A stretch of DNA of 64,000 nt from Escherichia phage JES2013, in the sequence record KC690136, one strand, 5' to 3'. Both the position numbers and the translations under genes were made by a program. Shown here piece by piece: positions 8,554 to 17,048 of this stretch (position 1 is the first letter of the stretch; every line of letters begins with the position of its first letter). The notes beneath the pieces are model-generated. The model did not search any database. It worked only from the letters and a program-made list of their open reading frames with translations, and was not told the DNA's origin.

Positions 8554-9685
8554 AGAATATCCACTTATTGAGTCCATAGATTGTCTGGCTGATCTTCTTG
8601 AACCTGACGCTATAGTTTATTATGACTTCGATCAGGTTGCATATCAAGCTGCAGCAAGTTGTGAAAAAAGGACAATTGAGGTAACACACAAAGCCTCCGG
8701 ACGTAAGAAGATGTTTAAAACACGAACAGAGTTCTGGGGGCGGCAGAAGAACACCGTTGGTGGTTGGTTAAAAGCTGAGAATACCAACCGTGAAGCTGCA
8801 TGTAAAAAGGCTGGCAAGGAGTTTATTCCGTGGACACGGGAAGATTTCGATGTCTTGGATATCCAAACCCCTGATCCTGTAGAGAACTGCTTGCACACAA
8901 TTAAGTGTAAAGCTAATGCAGTCCTTAATTATCTCGGTATTCCGGAAGATCGGTGCGTGGGGGTACTTGGAGGCACAGGTAATTTCAGACTAGATCTTCC
9001 CATGCCGGAAAGATATAAAGCCAACCGTAACAATACTCTTCGACCACTGCTGCTTGGAGATGCAAGACAGTATCTCCAAAAGCAGTATAATGCTCAAGTG
9101 ATCAACGGTATCGAGGCTGATGACTGGTTAGCTATCCAGCAATTTGAAGGTTGGAACCACTACCAAAAAACAGGTAAGTTCAACAAGTTTATTATCTCTA
9201 TTGATAAGGACCAAAGAACACTACCGGGGCTTGTGTTCGATCCCATGCGAAACGATAAGGGAGATTTTGTAAGGGAAACCCCTATGCTGATCGATAACGG
9301 TATGGGTAACATCTTCATGAAGCCTAATGGAGAGGTTGGTGGTTACGGAATGCTGTTCTTCGGATACCAAATGCTGTGTGGTGACTCTGCTGACAACATC
9401 AAGCCGTATCAAGGACTTATCGGTAAGGGTAAGTTCGGGGATGCCTCAGCATTCTACCTGCTGTCTCAGTGCAGCACTCCAAAGGAGATGTGGGTGGCTA
9501 TTATTGATCAGTACAAGAAGTGGTTCCCGAAAGGTGTTGTTAAGTATACTGATTTCAATGGTATTGATCGTAGAATTTCCGTAGGTCAGTGGATGAGTAT
9601 AATTTTTGACTGTTTGTATATGAAGCGAACATTCAATGATCAAACAAAACTTGTTAACGTTCTTAGAAATGTTGGAGCAATTTGA
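8546..9685 (+). CDS. 5'-3' exonuclease / flap endonuclease (FEN, RNase H-like)
   Basis: GIEADDWLA (EADD motif as in T4 RNase H) and CGDSADNIKPYQG (GDxxDNIPG-like motif). Confidence 0.7.
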   Translation: MSREYPLIESIDCLADLLEPDAIVYYDFDQVAYQAAASCEKRTIEVTHKASGRKKMFKTRTEFWGRQKNTVGGWLKAENTNREAACKKAGKEFIPWTREDFDVLDIQTPDPVENCLHTIKCKANAVLNYLGIPEDRCVGVLGGTGNFRLDLPMPERYKANRNNTLRPLLLGDARQYLQKQYNAQVINGIEADDWLAIQQFEGWNHYQKTGKFNKFIISIDKDQRTLPGLVFDPMRNDKGDFVRETPMLIDNGMGNIFMKPNGEVGGYGMLFFGYQMLCGDSADNIKPYQGLIGKGKFGDASAFYLLSQCSTPKEMWVAIIDQYKKWFPKGVVKYTDFNGIDRRISVGQWMSIIFDCLYMKRTFNDQTKLVNVLRNVGAI

Positions 9686-10017
9686 TGACTAAAAACTCTG
9701 TAGATAGTGCAATTATGGAAGCTGTTTTTGAGGATGATCATACAACAGGGGCCCTTAAAACAAAAAATACATTCGTTGTTGCCACAGGTATGTGGCGGTT
9801 GTATGAAGATGACACCATTTCATACATCCTGTACACAGATGATTACGCAGATGACCGTGTATGGTCTGCTGTTTTAAAAGAGGATTGTGAGTTGATTGAG
9901 GGCGAGCGGTTATGCATGTTCACCAGTGTGGAAACAGATGTTAAGCTTTGCTCTCTCGTCTTGTTCAAAGATAAGGCTTATGCTCCTGATGAAGGAGAGG
10001 AGGATGAGGAAGCATGA
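9682..10017 (+). CDS. Hypothetical acidic protein
   Basis: 111-aa ORF, acidic C-terminus. Confidence 0.45.
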   Translation: MMTKNSVDSAIMEAVFEDDHTTGALKTKNTFVVATGMWRLYEDDTISYILYTDDYADDRVWSAVLKEDCELIEGERLCMFTSVETDVKLCSLVLFKDKAYAPDEGEEDEEA

Positions 10018-10643
10018 GAGAGCGTCTATTATCCATAGACCAGTCGTTGACACACACAGCTTGCGTTGTATGGGACGATGGAAAGCCTGTTCACAAGGTT
10101 GTGTTACGAACTCAAAGCTCATCTGCAAAAGAGAAGAAACCAGGGACGGTTTCTTTTGCAACAGCTGCTGAGCGTATTGACTGGATCTGCAAACAGGTCA
10201 GATATTATATCCACACGCACGGCGTTGACACCGTGGTTATGGAAGGGCTTTCCTTTGGATCACGCGGGGATGCCACACGTGAACTGGCTGGGTTGTTTTA
10301 CGGTCTTGAAGTTATGCTTTGGGATGCTTTGGCTGATTGTGAAAATGACGGCCTGTTTAAGGTCCACACAGTGACACCAACAACTGCCAAAAAGTTTGCT
10401 CGTAGTCATCTTCCTGAGGAACTTGCTTTTGAGGAGAAGAAAAAGCTTGACAAAAAGACAGGTAAAGAGCATACTGTGAAGAAACCTGTTACGATGGATA
10501 AAAAGTTGATGGTTAAGGCCTGCGAAGTATCTGAACCTGGGTTCCTAGACGGGATCAATTTGGTACAAGGTAAGGCCGATCTCGCAGATGCTTATTGGAT
10601 AGGCAGGGCGCATCTGGAGGGATTATCGCAAAGCGTAAAATAA
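10014..10643 (+). CDS. RuvC-like (RNase H fold) nuclease, putative resolvase
   Basis: LSIDQSLTHTACVV and VVMEGLSF resemble RuvC LGIDPG...AIEQVFM; weak. Confidence 0.4.
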   Translation: MRERLLSIDQSLTHTACVVWDDGKPVHKVVLRTQSSSAKEKKPGTVSFATAAERIDWICKQVRYYIHTHGVDTVVMEGLSFGSRGDATRELAGLFYGLEVMLWDALADCENDGLFKVHTVTPTTAKKFARSHLPEELAFEEKKKLDKKTGKEHTVKKPVTMDKKLMVKACEVSEPGFLDGINLVQGKADLADAYWIGRAHLEGLSQSVK

Positions 10644-11200
10644 GAAAGAAAGCTGTCAAAGCACCCGTTCATAACGGGTGGCTAAAAGATTCTAAGGACA
10701 TAGCCAACTTTCGAAAAGAATTGTCAGAGGAGCAGGATGGTCTTGATCCGATCTTGTGCGAGCCACTTCGTAAGCCTTGTTTAGATCATGATCATCTGAC
10801 TGGTCGTTGCAGGGGTGTTTTGTCTCAGTGCACTAATACCTTTGAGGGGTATGTGCTTAAATACTGGATGAAATACTGTAACGAGTATACAGATTGCAGT
10901 TTATCAGAGGCGTTGCGCCGGATGGCTGACTATTTGGAGAAAGACTACAGCGACTTCCCGCTCCACAAAAACTACAGAGATGATATGACAAAGTTCTTGA
11001 GGAGATGCTCTAAAGCTACGATCATTGCACGAGCAGAATCAGATCTCAATCTTGTCATTAATCCAGAGTGCACCAAGCATGAGGCTATTGAGCTCTACAT
11101 GCAGGAGTTTATAAAGAAAACTGAGGAGAGAGATTTCTATGGGGATGAAAAAGGTATTCAATCCTTGCGACTCAGTCCTGATCAGGATGAAATACCGTAA
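10595..11200 (+). CDS. Endonuclease VII-like recombination endonuclease
   Basis: LCEP..CLDHDHLTGRCRGVLSQCTNTFEG matches T4 gp49 CxxC...LDHDH...RGLLC..CN..EG; 5' end overlaps upstream ORF, true start uncertain. Confidence 0.65.
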   Translation: MDRQGASGGIIAKRKIRKKAVKAPVHNGWLKDSKDIANFRKELSEEQDGLDPILCEPLRKPCLDHDHLTGRCRGVLSQCTNTFEGYVLKYWMKYCNEYTDCSLSEALRRMADYLEKDYSDFPLHKNYRDDMTKFLRRCSKATIIARAESDLNLVINPECTKHEAIELYMQEFIKKTEERDFYGDEKGIQSLRLSPDQDEIP

Positions 11201-11360
11201 CTGGAAAGGTGTTGTTGCAGATCGCTGCGTTACTGAGCCCAATTTATGGTTTGGCTCTACAGAGTATCATAAAGAAGAGCAGTGGTTGATGCGTGCCTTC
11301 GATGTAGACAAGGGCGAATATCGTGACTTCGCTTTAAAAGACATTCTTCAGTTTTACTAA
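11139..11360 (+). CDS. Hypothetical protein
   Basis: 73-aa ORF overlapping end of endonuclease VII gene. Confidence 0.3.
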   Translation: MGMKKVFNPCDSVLIRMKYRNWKGVVADRCVTEPNLWFGSTEYHKEEQWLMRAFDVDKGEYRDFALKDILQFY

Positions 11361-11372
11361 GGAATCTTAACG

Positions 11373-12356
11373 ATGATGACAAAGTTAACTCTTGAGCAAA
11401 TTTTAACACTAAAGCAACAAGGATACACTAATAGACAAATTGCTCGTGAATTTTTAGGCCGTGAGTCACGTGAGAGCTGGATCCGACTACAGCTTAAACG
11501 TGCACAAGAGAATATGTCAGAGATTGTAGGAGAAGCAACGGAGCGCTTCCTTGAAGAGCACAAAGGTGCTAAAGTTTGGGTGTATGATACAGAGACATCC
11601 CCAACAAACGGCTGGTTCTTTGGGCACTATAAGACCAACATTCAAACCTGTGGTATTGAAGTTATGCCCTATATGCTAACTTTCGCAGGTAAGTGGTTAG
11701 ACAGCCCTAGTGTGGTTGACTGCGCTCTTCCAGATTACAAAATGTGGGATGAGGATATTCACAATGATCTCGAATTGATTCAGGATTTGTGGTATTATCT
11801 GGATAAATGCGATGTCGCAGTAGCCCACAATTCAGGTTTTGACTGCGGGTGGGCCAACCAACGATTTGCATTTCACGGGTTGCCTCCAACAAGCCCCTAC
11901 AAAGATGTTGACACCCTTAAAATGATCAAAAAGGCATTCCGTTTGAATGCAAACACTTTGGAGTATGCATGCAAATACTTCCAACTGGCCCGACAGAAAC
12001 TTATTGATCACACATTTGAAATGTGGATCAAGTGTGTCCATGGTGATCTTGAGGCATTTAAACAGATGCGGGAGTATAATGTTGGTGATATCCTGTCTCT
12101 GGAAGGACTGTATTTGCTGGCTCGCCCGTTTGCTAAGCAGCACCCAAACATGTCATTGTACTACCAGGACGAGGAGCCAAAGGTTCGTTGCCCACGCTGT
12201 GGTGGAGAACACCTTCACGAGGAAGAAGCTTTGGCATATACTCAGCTGAGTGCATTTAAAACATACCGCTGTGAAGGTTGTGGATCTGTTGTTCGTGATC
12301 GTAACAACATCCGTACCCGAGAAGAGATGAAAAACACCCTGATTCAGATAATCTAA
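11373..12356 (+). CDS. DnaQ-like 3'-5' exonuclease with N-terminal HTH and C-terminal zinc ribbons
   Basis: Exo I VWVYDTETS, Exo II VAHNSGFDCGW, Exo III YNVGDILSLEGLY; CPRCGG and CEGCGS. Confidence 0.65.
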   Translation: MMTKLTLEQILTLKQQGYTNRQIAREFLGRESRESWIRLQLKRAQENMSEIVGEATERFLEEHKGAKVWVYDTETSPTNGWFFGHYKTNIQTCGIEVMPYMLTFAGKWLDSPSVVDCALPDYKMWDEDIHNDLELIQDLWYYLDKCDVAVAHNSGFDCGWANQRFAFHGLPPTSPYKDVDTLKMIKKAFRLNANTLEYACKYFQLARQKLIDHTFEMWIKCVHGDLEAFKQMREYNVGDILSLEGLYLLARPFAKQHPNMSLYYQDEEPKVRCPRCGGEHLHEEEALAYTQLSAFKTYRCEGCGSVVRDRNNIRTREEMKNTLIQII

Positions 12357-12363
12357 CAAGTAT

Positions 12364-12386
12364 AGGGAGGCGCAAGCCTCCCTTTT
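12364..12386 (+). terminator. Rho-independent terminator GGGAGGC-gcaa-GCCTCCC + TTTT
   Basis: 7-bp GC stem, tetraloop, T tract, directly after exonuclease stop. Confidence 0.6.
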
Positions 12387-12401
12387 CCTTTTGGAGGCAC
12401 T

Positions 12402-13220
12402 TTGAGTAAGAAAGAGTCCAACGACAAATATTACACAAACCCTGAGTATGCAGAATATCTTGTTGGTAAAGTAAAAGATAAGTATGGGAATTGTGCATAC
12501 GTTGAGCCTTCTGCTGGAAGAGGTTCTTTTTCAAAACTATTTTCAGAGATACTGTCGTACGATTTAGTACCAGATCCTGAATTTGAAGGACCAACACCGT
12601 GCATTCAGGCAAACTTCTTGGAGGTGCACCCCAAGGCAGATGTCTTCATAGGTAACCCACCGTTTGGTAAGAATTCATCTTTAGCTTGCAAATTCTTTAA
12701 CCATTGTGCATCATTGCTAGAGCTTGGCGGGGCTATAGCCTTCATCTTGCCACGGACATTTGAAAAAATATTTTTTTCAAACAAACTGGACATGTCTATG
12801 CACCTTGTCTACAGCGAAAGGTGCCCTAAGAACTCGTTTTTACTTAATGGCAAACCTTATGACGTGCCATGTGTTTTCCAAATTTGGGAGAAAAAGGCGT
12901 GCAATAGGGATCCTGTAGATATTGGAGAGAATAAGTTATTTTCTTTTAGCACACCGGATGACTACGACTTCTGTGTAAGACGTGTTGGGTATAACGCTGG
13001 AAAAGTATTGGGTGATGATGATCCAAAATCTGAAGAATCTACATATTTCATAAAATCTTTAGTTGACGGTGTTGACAGAGTGTTTGCTGAATGCTATTCT
13101 TCTTTTCAAGAAGAAGCAGGTAAGACTGCTGGAATGAAGAGTATAGGCAAGAAAGAACTACAATACATTTTGGAGACCCGGTATGATCAAAAGCATAGAC
13201 TTGACCAAAGAACTTACTGA
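12402..13220 (+). CDS. DNA N6-adenine methyltransferase-like
   Basis: Motif I VEPSAGRGSF and motif IV NPPF; TTG start after GGAGG. Confidence 0.7.
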   Translation: MSKKESNDKYYTNPEYAEYLVGKVKDKYGNCAYVEPSAGRGSFSKLFSEILSYDLVPDPEFEGPTPCIQANFLEVHPKADVFIGNPPFGKNSSLACKFFNHCASLLELGGAIAFILPRTFEKIFFSNKLDMSMHLVYSERCPKNSFLLNGKPYDVPCVFQIWEKKACNRDPVDIGENKLFSFSTPDDYDFCVRRVGYNAGKVLGDDDPKSEESTYFIKSLVDGVDRVFAECYSSFQEEAGKTAGMKSIGKKELQYILETRYDQKHRLDQRTY

Positions 13221-13641
13221 TGCAAAAGCTTTTGGTGAGACAGCGGTACAAAGAGGCCAGGCTATGGGACTGGCACTACCTTTCGTCTTAAAAGAGCACT
13301 TTACAGATTTTCAACTTATCAAGGGTGATAAGGGAATTCTTATCCTGGAGCATAAGTTGAGTAAGAAACGCTATAAAGTTGTTTTTAATTCTAAAGCTCC
13401 AACAAAACTGGGATTCAGAACTTACAATCTTAACCCATCCTACACTAAGGGTGTAGGAAGAGTAGAACAACAGCATTTCAGTGCTAGAGCTTCTTTAGCT
13501 CCCTTGATGCTAAATTTTTCAGGGGTGGCTTTAGGATACCTTGACAAGAAAAGAGTTCTTCATGTCCGTTTCACAGACTTTGTAACGCTTTTAGCTAACA
13601 ATGAGGTAGATGAAAAGGGACGTGTAAAAACAAACTTCTAA
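13183..13641 (+). CDS. Hypothetical protein
   Basis: 152-aa ORF. Confidence 0.4.
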   Translation: MIKSIDLTKELTDAKAFGETAVQRGQAMGLALPFVLKEHFTDFQLIKGDKGILILEHKLSKKRYKVVFNSKAPTKLGFRTYNLNPSYTKGVGRVEQQHFSARASLAPLMLNFSGVALGYLDKKRVLHVRFTDFVTLLANNEVDEKGRVKTNF

Positions 13642-13656
13642 TAACGCATAGTATGA

Positions 13657-13860
13657 TTGGAGACCGCAATGACACTAAAGTTAACAGTTCCAGACAGCTT
13701 TTCAGAAAACTTTATCCCAGAAATGATGGATAAGATGCGATCATTGCTTGATCAGATTGAAGAGGCTGTTTGGGAAGACGATGCTGTAGTGGCTAACGAG
13801 CTGGTAGATAAGTGTAAAAGTATTATTGATGCAGTTGAAGAATACCACGGAGGTTTTTGA
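13657..13860 (+). CDS. Hypothetical acidic protein
   Basis: 67-aa ORF. Confidence 0.4.
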   Translation: METAMTLKLTVPDSFSENFIPEMMDKMRSLLDQIEEAVWEDDAVVANELVDKCKSIIDAVEEYHGGF

Positions 13861-14474
13861 TGGATATTATTGTTCTTAACGCCCCACCTAGTAGTGGTAA
13901 GGATCACATTGCAGATCTCTTGTTGGAAGCTATTCCTAACTCACACCATCGTGAGGTTAAGGAGATGCTCTTCAGCGTGGCAATTAAGGCAGCTGGTGTA
14001 ACTCCTCAACTCTGGAATGCACTTTATGACCGCCACTACAAAGAAGAGCCTTGCCCTTTCTTAATGATAGACGGTAAGCATGTTTCTCCGCGAGAGTGGA
14101 TGATCCATTGTAGTGAAAATCTGATTAAACCTATCTTTGGTGAAGATGCTTTCGGTAAGGCCGCAGTCACATCCTTGAAGAAAGATTTCCCTAAAGGTAA
14201 AGGGGTTGTTGTTTACTCCGATGGTGGATTCAAAGAGGAGCTGGCATGCCTTAGTGAGTACGCATACAGCACAGGTGGAGATCTGTTGTTGTTCCGTATT
14301 CACCGTGTTGGATATGACTGGGGAAATGATTCCAGAACCTATCTAAGTCTGGAAAAGAACGGAATAAAAGGGATTGAGTTCGATGTTGTAAATCCTGAAG
14401 GTGCACCTTGGGAATGTGCATCGGAGATTGTGTGCAAGTATATTGATGCTAAAGAGGCCCAAGAAGAATGTTAA
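13857..14474 (+). CDS. dNMP kinase-like P-loop protein
   Basis: IIVLNAPPSSGKDHIADLL resembles T4 gp1 LSGVKRSGKDTTADFI. Confidence 0.5.
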   Translation: MMDIIVLNAPPSSGKDHIADLLLEAIPNSHHREVKEMLFSVAIKAAGVTPQLWNALYDRHYKEEPCPFLMIDGKHVSPREWMIHCSENLIKPIFGEDAFGKAAVTSLKKDFPKGKGVVVYSDGGFKEELACLSEYAYSTGGDLLLFRIHRVGYDWGNDSRTYLSLEKNGIKGIEFDVVNPEGAPWECASEIVCKYIDAKEAQEEC

Positions 14475-15062
14475 TCGGAATTGATGTAGATTTGACACTG
14501 GTAGATTCAGGAACAGCATGGTGGGAGTGGTTGGAGCGTTTGTATGGTCCAGCCAGTAAGACAGTCGTTAAACCTTCTAATGGGCTGATGTATTACGATC
14601 TGTCAAAGTATTGGCCTGATCGCCCCAAAGAAAACATCATAGGACCTTTTGATTTCTGGAGTGATCCGTTCCTCTACGACTTTCTTAAGCCTGAAGAGGG
14701 GGGCTATTGAGGTTATGAAAGATTTGGTGGCTCGCGGTCACAAGCTCGCATTTATCTCGGTATGCAAGAAAGGTCACCTTGCATCTAAATCAAGGTTCTT
14801 AAAGCGTTGGACCAGTGATTTTATGGATCTGGATGATCACACCCAGGGTCACGGCTTCTACGCCACACATTTTAAAGGAAATGTGGCTGTAGATGTTATA
14901 ATTGACGACAGGCATGAATACCTGAACCAATTCGCTTCACGACCTGAAGTTATTAAAATCCTAAAAGATACGCCTTATGAGCAATTTGAGGAGTTAAAGG
15001 TCAGTGTTGACTATACCGCTGATAGCTGGTATAAAATAGGAAAGTTTTTAGAAGGTATTTGA
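14468..15062 (+). pseudogene. HAD-family phosphatase (nucleotidase-like) split between two frames at a poly-G tract
   Basis: ORF 14468-14710 has HAD motif I IDVDLTLVD; ORF from 14649 has HAD core and IIDD motif; frames join at GAGGGGGG near 14693-14701. Confidence 0.45.
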
Positions 15063-15063
15063 A

Positions 15064-15264
15064 ATGGGCAGATGTTCTAAAGGTGGCGATCCTGTAGTCA
15101 GATACGGTGACTGGCTAGAGGTGTATGATCTGGGAGGTAAGCTAGTGTATGCCTCCAGGATCACCCAAGATATGTGCTCTGACATGTTTAACAGATACCT
15201 TGCATTTAAGGCCAACATAAACCCAGACGAAATTTCCAAAATTAAAACAAGGAGAGCTAAATAA
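15064..15264 (+). CDS. Hypothetical protein
   Basis: 66-aa ORF. Confidence 0.4.
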   Translation: MGRCSKGGDPVVRYGDWLEVYDLGGKLVYASRITQDMCSDMFNRYLAFKANINPDEISKIKTRRAK

Positions 15265-16247
15265 TGCTAAAACTGTGCACTGCAAAGATTATTGCTGACA
15301 GCATTTCCGAGAAAGGTAAGCGTATCACCACTTTTGAACTAGAGTATCCTCGAATTATTCACTCAGAGCTTATGACGCACCGAGTGTTCAGCCGAAACGC
15401 CATGTCTTCCCGTGCAGTGCCTGTCGGCAAGATGCTGCAACAGATTGTGGAGAATCCGGCAATGCCAGTTCGCTTCGGTGTAAATAAGCGAGGGATGGAA
15501 GATGGTGGGGAACACGATCAAAAGATCCGTGTAGAGTACACTGACATGGAGTTAACTCCTGAAGAGTTTTGGAAAGAAGCTGCAAAAAACGCCGCTTGGC
15601 ATGCAGAGAAGTTCGCCCTTGCTGGTTACCATAAGCAAGTATGTAACCGTTTAGTGGAGCCGTTTCAGCGCATGAAAACAGTTGTAACAAGCACAGAGTG
15701 GAATAATTTCTTCCATCTCCGTTGCTGGCACGATGCTGACCCTACTATTCAGATGTTAGCGAATTGCATGTGGGAGGCTCTTATGAATAGCACTCCTGAA
15801 ATCCTTAAACCTGGTCAATGGCACACACCATATGTAGAGCACGTTTATTTGGACGGCGAGTTTAACTATGCTGTACGTGACACAGAAGGAAAGCTTTGCA
15901 TTCTCGATACTGGAGAAGCTCTGTCTATTAGTGCTAGTTGCTGTGCACAAGTATCTTATCGAAATATTGACAGCACGTTTGAAAAGGCAGACAGTGTGGC
16001 TAAAAAACTAATTGGTGGGGATCGTATTCATGCAAGCCCTTACGAGCACCAGGCAACACCTATGGATCATGATAACGCAATGGAACGTTTAAACTACTAC
16101 CTGTCTTCATGTGAAATCACACAAGACATTAGTACTTGGCAGGAAGGTGTAACCCATCAAGACCGTGATGGTAAATTCTGGTCTGCCAACTTTTGTGGGT
16201 GGGTTCAGCACAGACAGCTGCTTAATAACCACTTCGTGAAAGGTTAA
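15264..16247 (+). CDS. thyX: Flavin-dependent thymidylate synthase ThyX
   Basis: ThyX signature RHR-x7-S present as THRVFSRNAMSSRA. Confidence 0.8.
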   Translation: MLKLCTAKIIADSISEKGKRITTFELEYPRIIHSELMTHRVFSRNAMSSRAVPVGKMLQQIVENPAMPVRFGVNKRGMEDGGEHDQKIRVEYTDMELTPEEFWKEAAKNAAWHAEKFALAGYHKQVCNRLVEPFQRMKTVVTSTEWNNFFHLRCWHDADPTIQMLANCMWEALMNSTPEILKPGQWHTPYVEHVYLDGEFNYAVRDTEGKLCILDTGEALSISASCCAQVSYRNIDSTFEKADSVAKKLIGGDRIHASPYEHQATPMDHDNAMERLNYYLSSCEITQDISTWQEGVTHQDRDGKFWSANFCGWVQHRQLLNNHFVKG

Positions 16248-16250
16248 TCC

Positions 16251-16267
16251 TATCACAGCGATAGGTA
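16251..16267 (+). terminator. Stem-loop CCTATC-acagc-GATAGG after thyX
   Basis: 6-bp stem directly after stop; followed by TAACTTTT. Confidence 0.4.
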
Positions 16268-16276
16268 ACTTTTGTG

Positions 16277-16305
16277 TTGACTAATAGTATCAGATAATCT
16301 ATAAT
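16277..16305 (+). promoter_or_regulatory. Sigma70-like promoter TTGACT-N17-TATAAT
   Basis: Near-consensus hexamers about 40 nt upstream of 16307 ORF. Confidence 0.55.
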
Positions 16306-16306
16306 A

Positions 16307-16807
16307 ATGGCTCACTTTGTTAGTGAGCCAGAAATGGAGACAGATATGAGTAATGTTATGATTCCTAAAAAGACATTTATTTCAGTTACTTTGGATTTCC
16401 TATCTACCGTTCCCGGGTTTAACGTTCGCACACGAAACGGTCTCCGAGCTGCACTCTTTGCCGTAGGGTTTGATTTAAAAAGTATTGATGTTCTTCGTGG
16501 AAAAAACGTTCGATGCAAAAATAAGCCAACACATTATCGAAAGGCAGATGTATTTGCTGGTGTCATGCGTGCAGACTTTAGATACCCGCAAATGTATAAC
16601 GGTGTAGATATTTTAGATGTAGATAAAGCACCCGGTGAGGCAATGCTTGTTCAAGATCTTCCGTATGATATCCCTGTGGAGGATCGTGTTAATGTAAGAA
16701 AGTATACAAAACAATCTGAAAAGGCTGAAGATATTCATATTGTTGATGAACCTTTCAATTTTGAAGATCTGCATCGCCTGGAAAAATTATTCGGTATTGA
16801 AAGCTAA
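16307..16807 (+). CDS. Hypothetical protein
   Basis: 166-aa ORF downstream of promoter. Confidence 0.45.
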   Translation: MAHFVSEPEMETDMSNVMIPKKTFISVTLDFLSTVPGFNVRTRNGLRAALFAVGFDLKSIDVLRGKNVRCKNKPTHYRKADVFAGVMRADFRYPQMYNGVDILDVDKAPGEAMLVQDLPYDIPVEDRVNVRKYTKQSEKAEDIHIVDEPFNFEDLHRLEKLFGIES

Positions 16808-16817
16808 GGTGGTGAAG

Positions 16818-17048
16818 ATGAGTCATAACTCCAAGTGGAAGGATCTTGGTTTTGCAAGTCGGGCAGAGTATGTTGGTTGGCTTTGGTTCAATGGCCTGAC
16901 AAACGATATTAAAATGTATGATGATGTCTATTATGACGAGTATACAGGTAAAATTATAAATATCTCTGTAGAAGAGGATACTTTTATCCAGCAAGATACT
17001 GATACCTGCCTTGATAAATACGTTAGTGAAGTGGAGGAAGCAAATTGA
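16818..17048 (+). CDS. Hypothetical protein
   Basis: Start refined to ATG after AAGGTGGTG (MSHNSKWKD). Confidence 0.4.
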   Translation: MSHNSKWKDLGFASRAEYVGWLWFNGLTNDIKMYDDVYYDEYTGKIINISVEEDTFIQQDTDTCLDKYVSEVEEAN

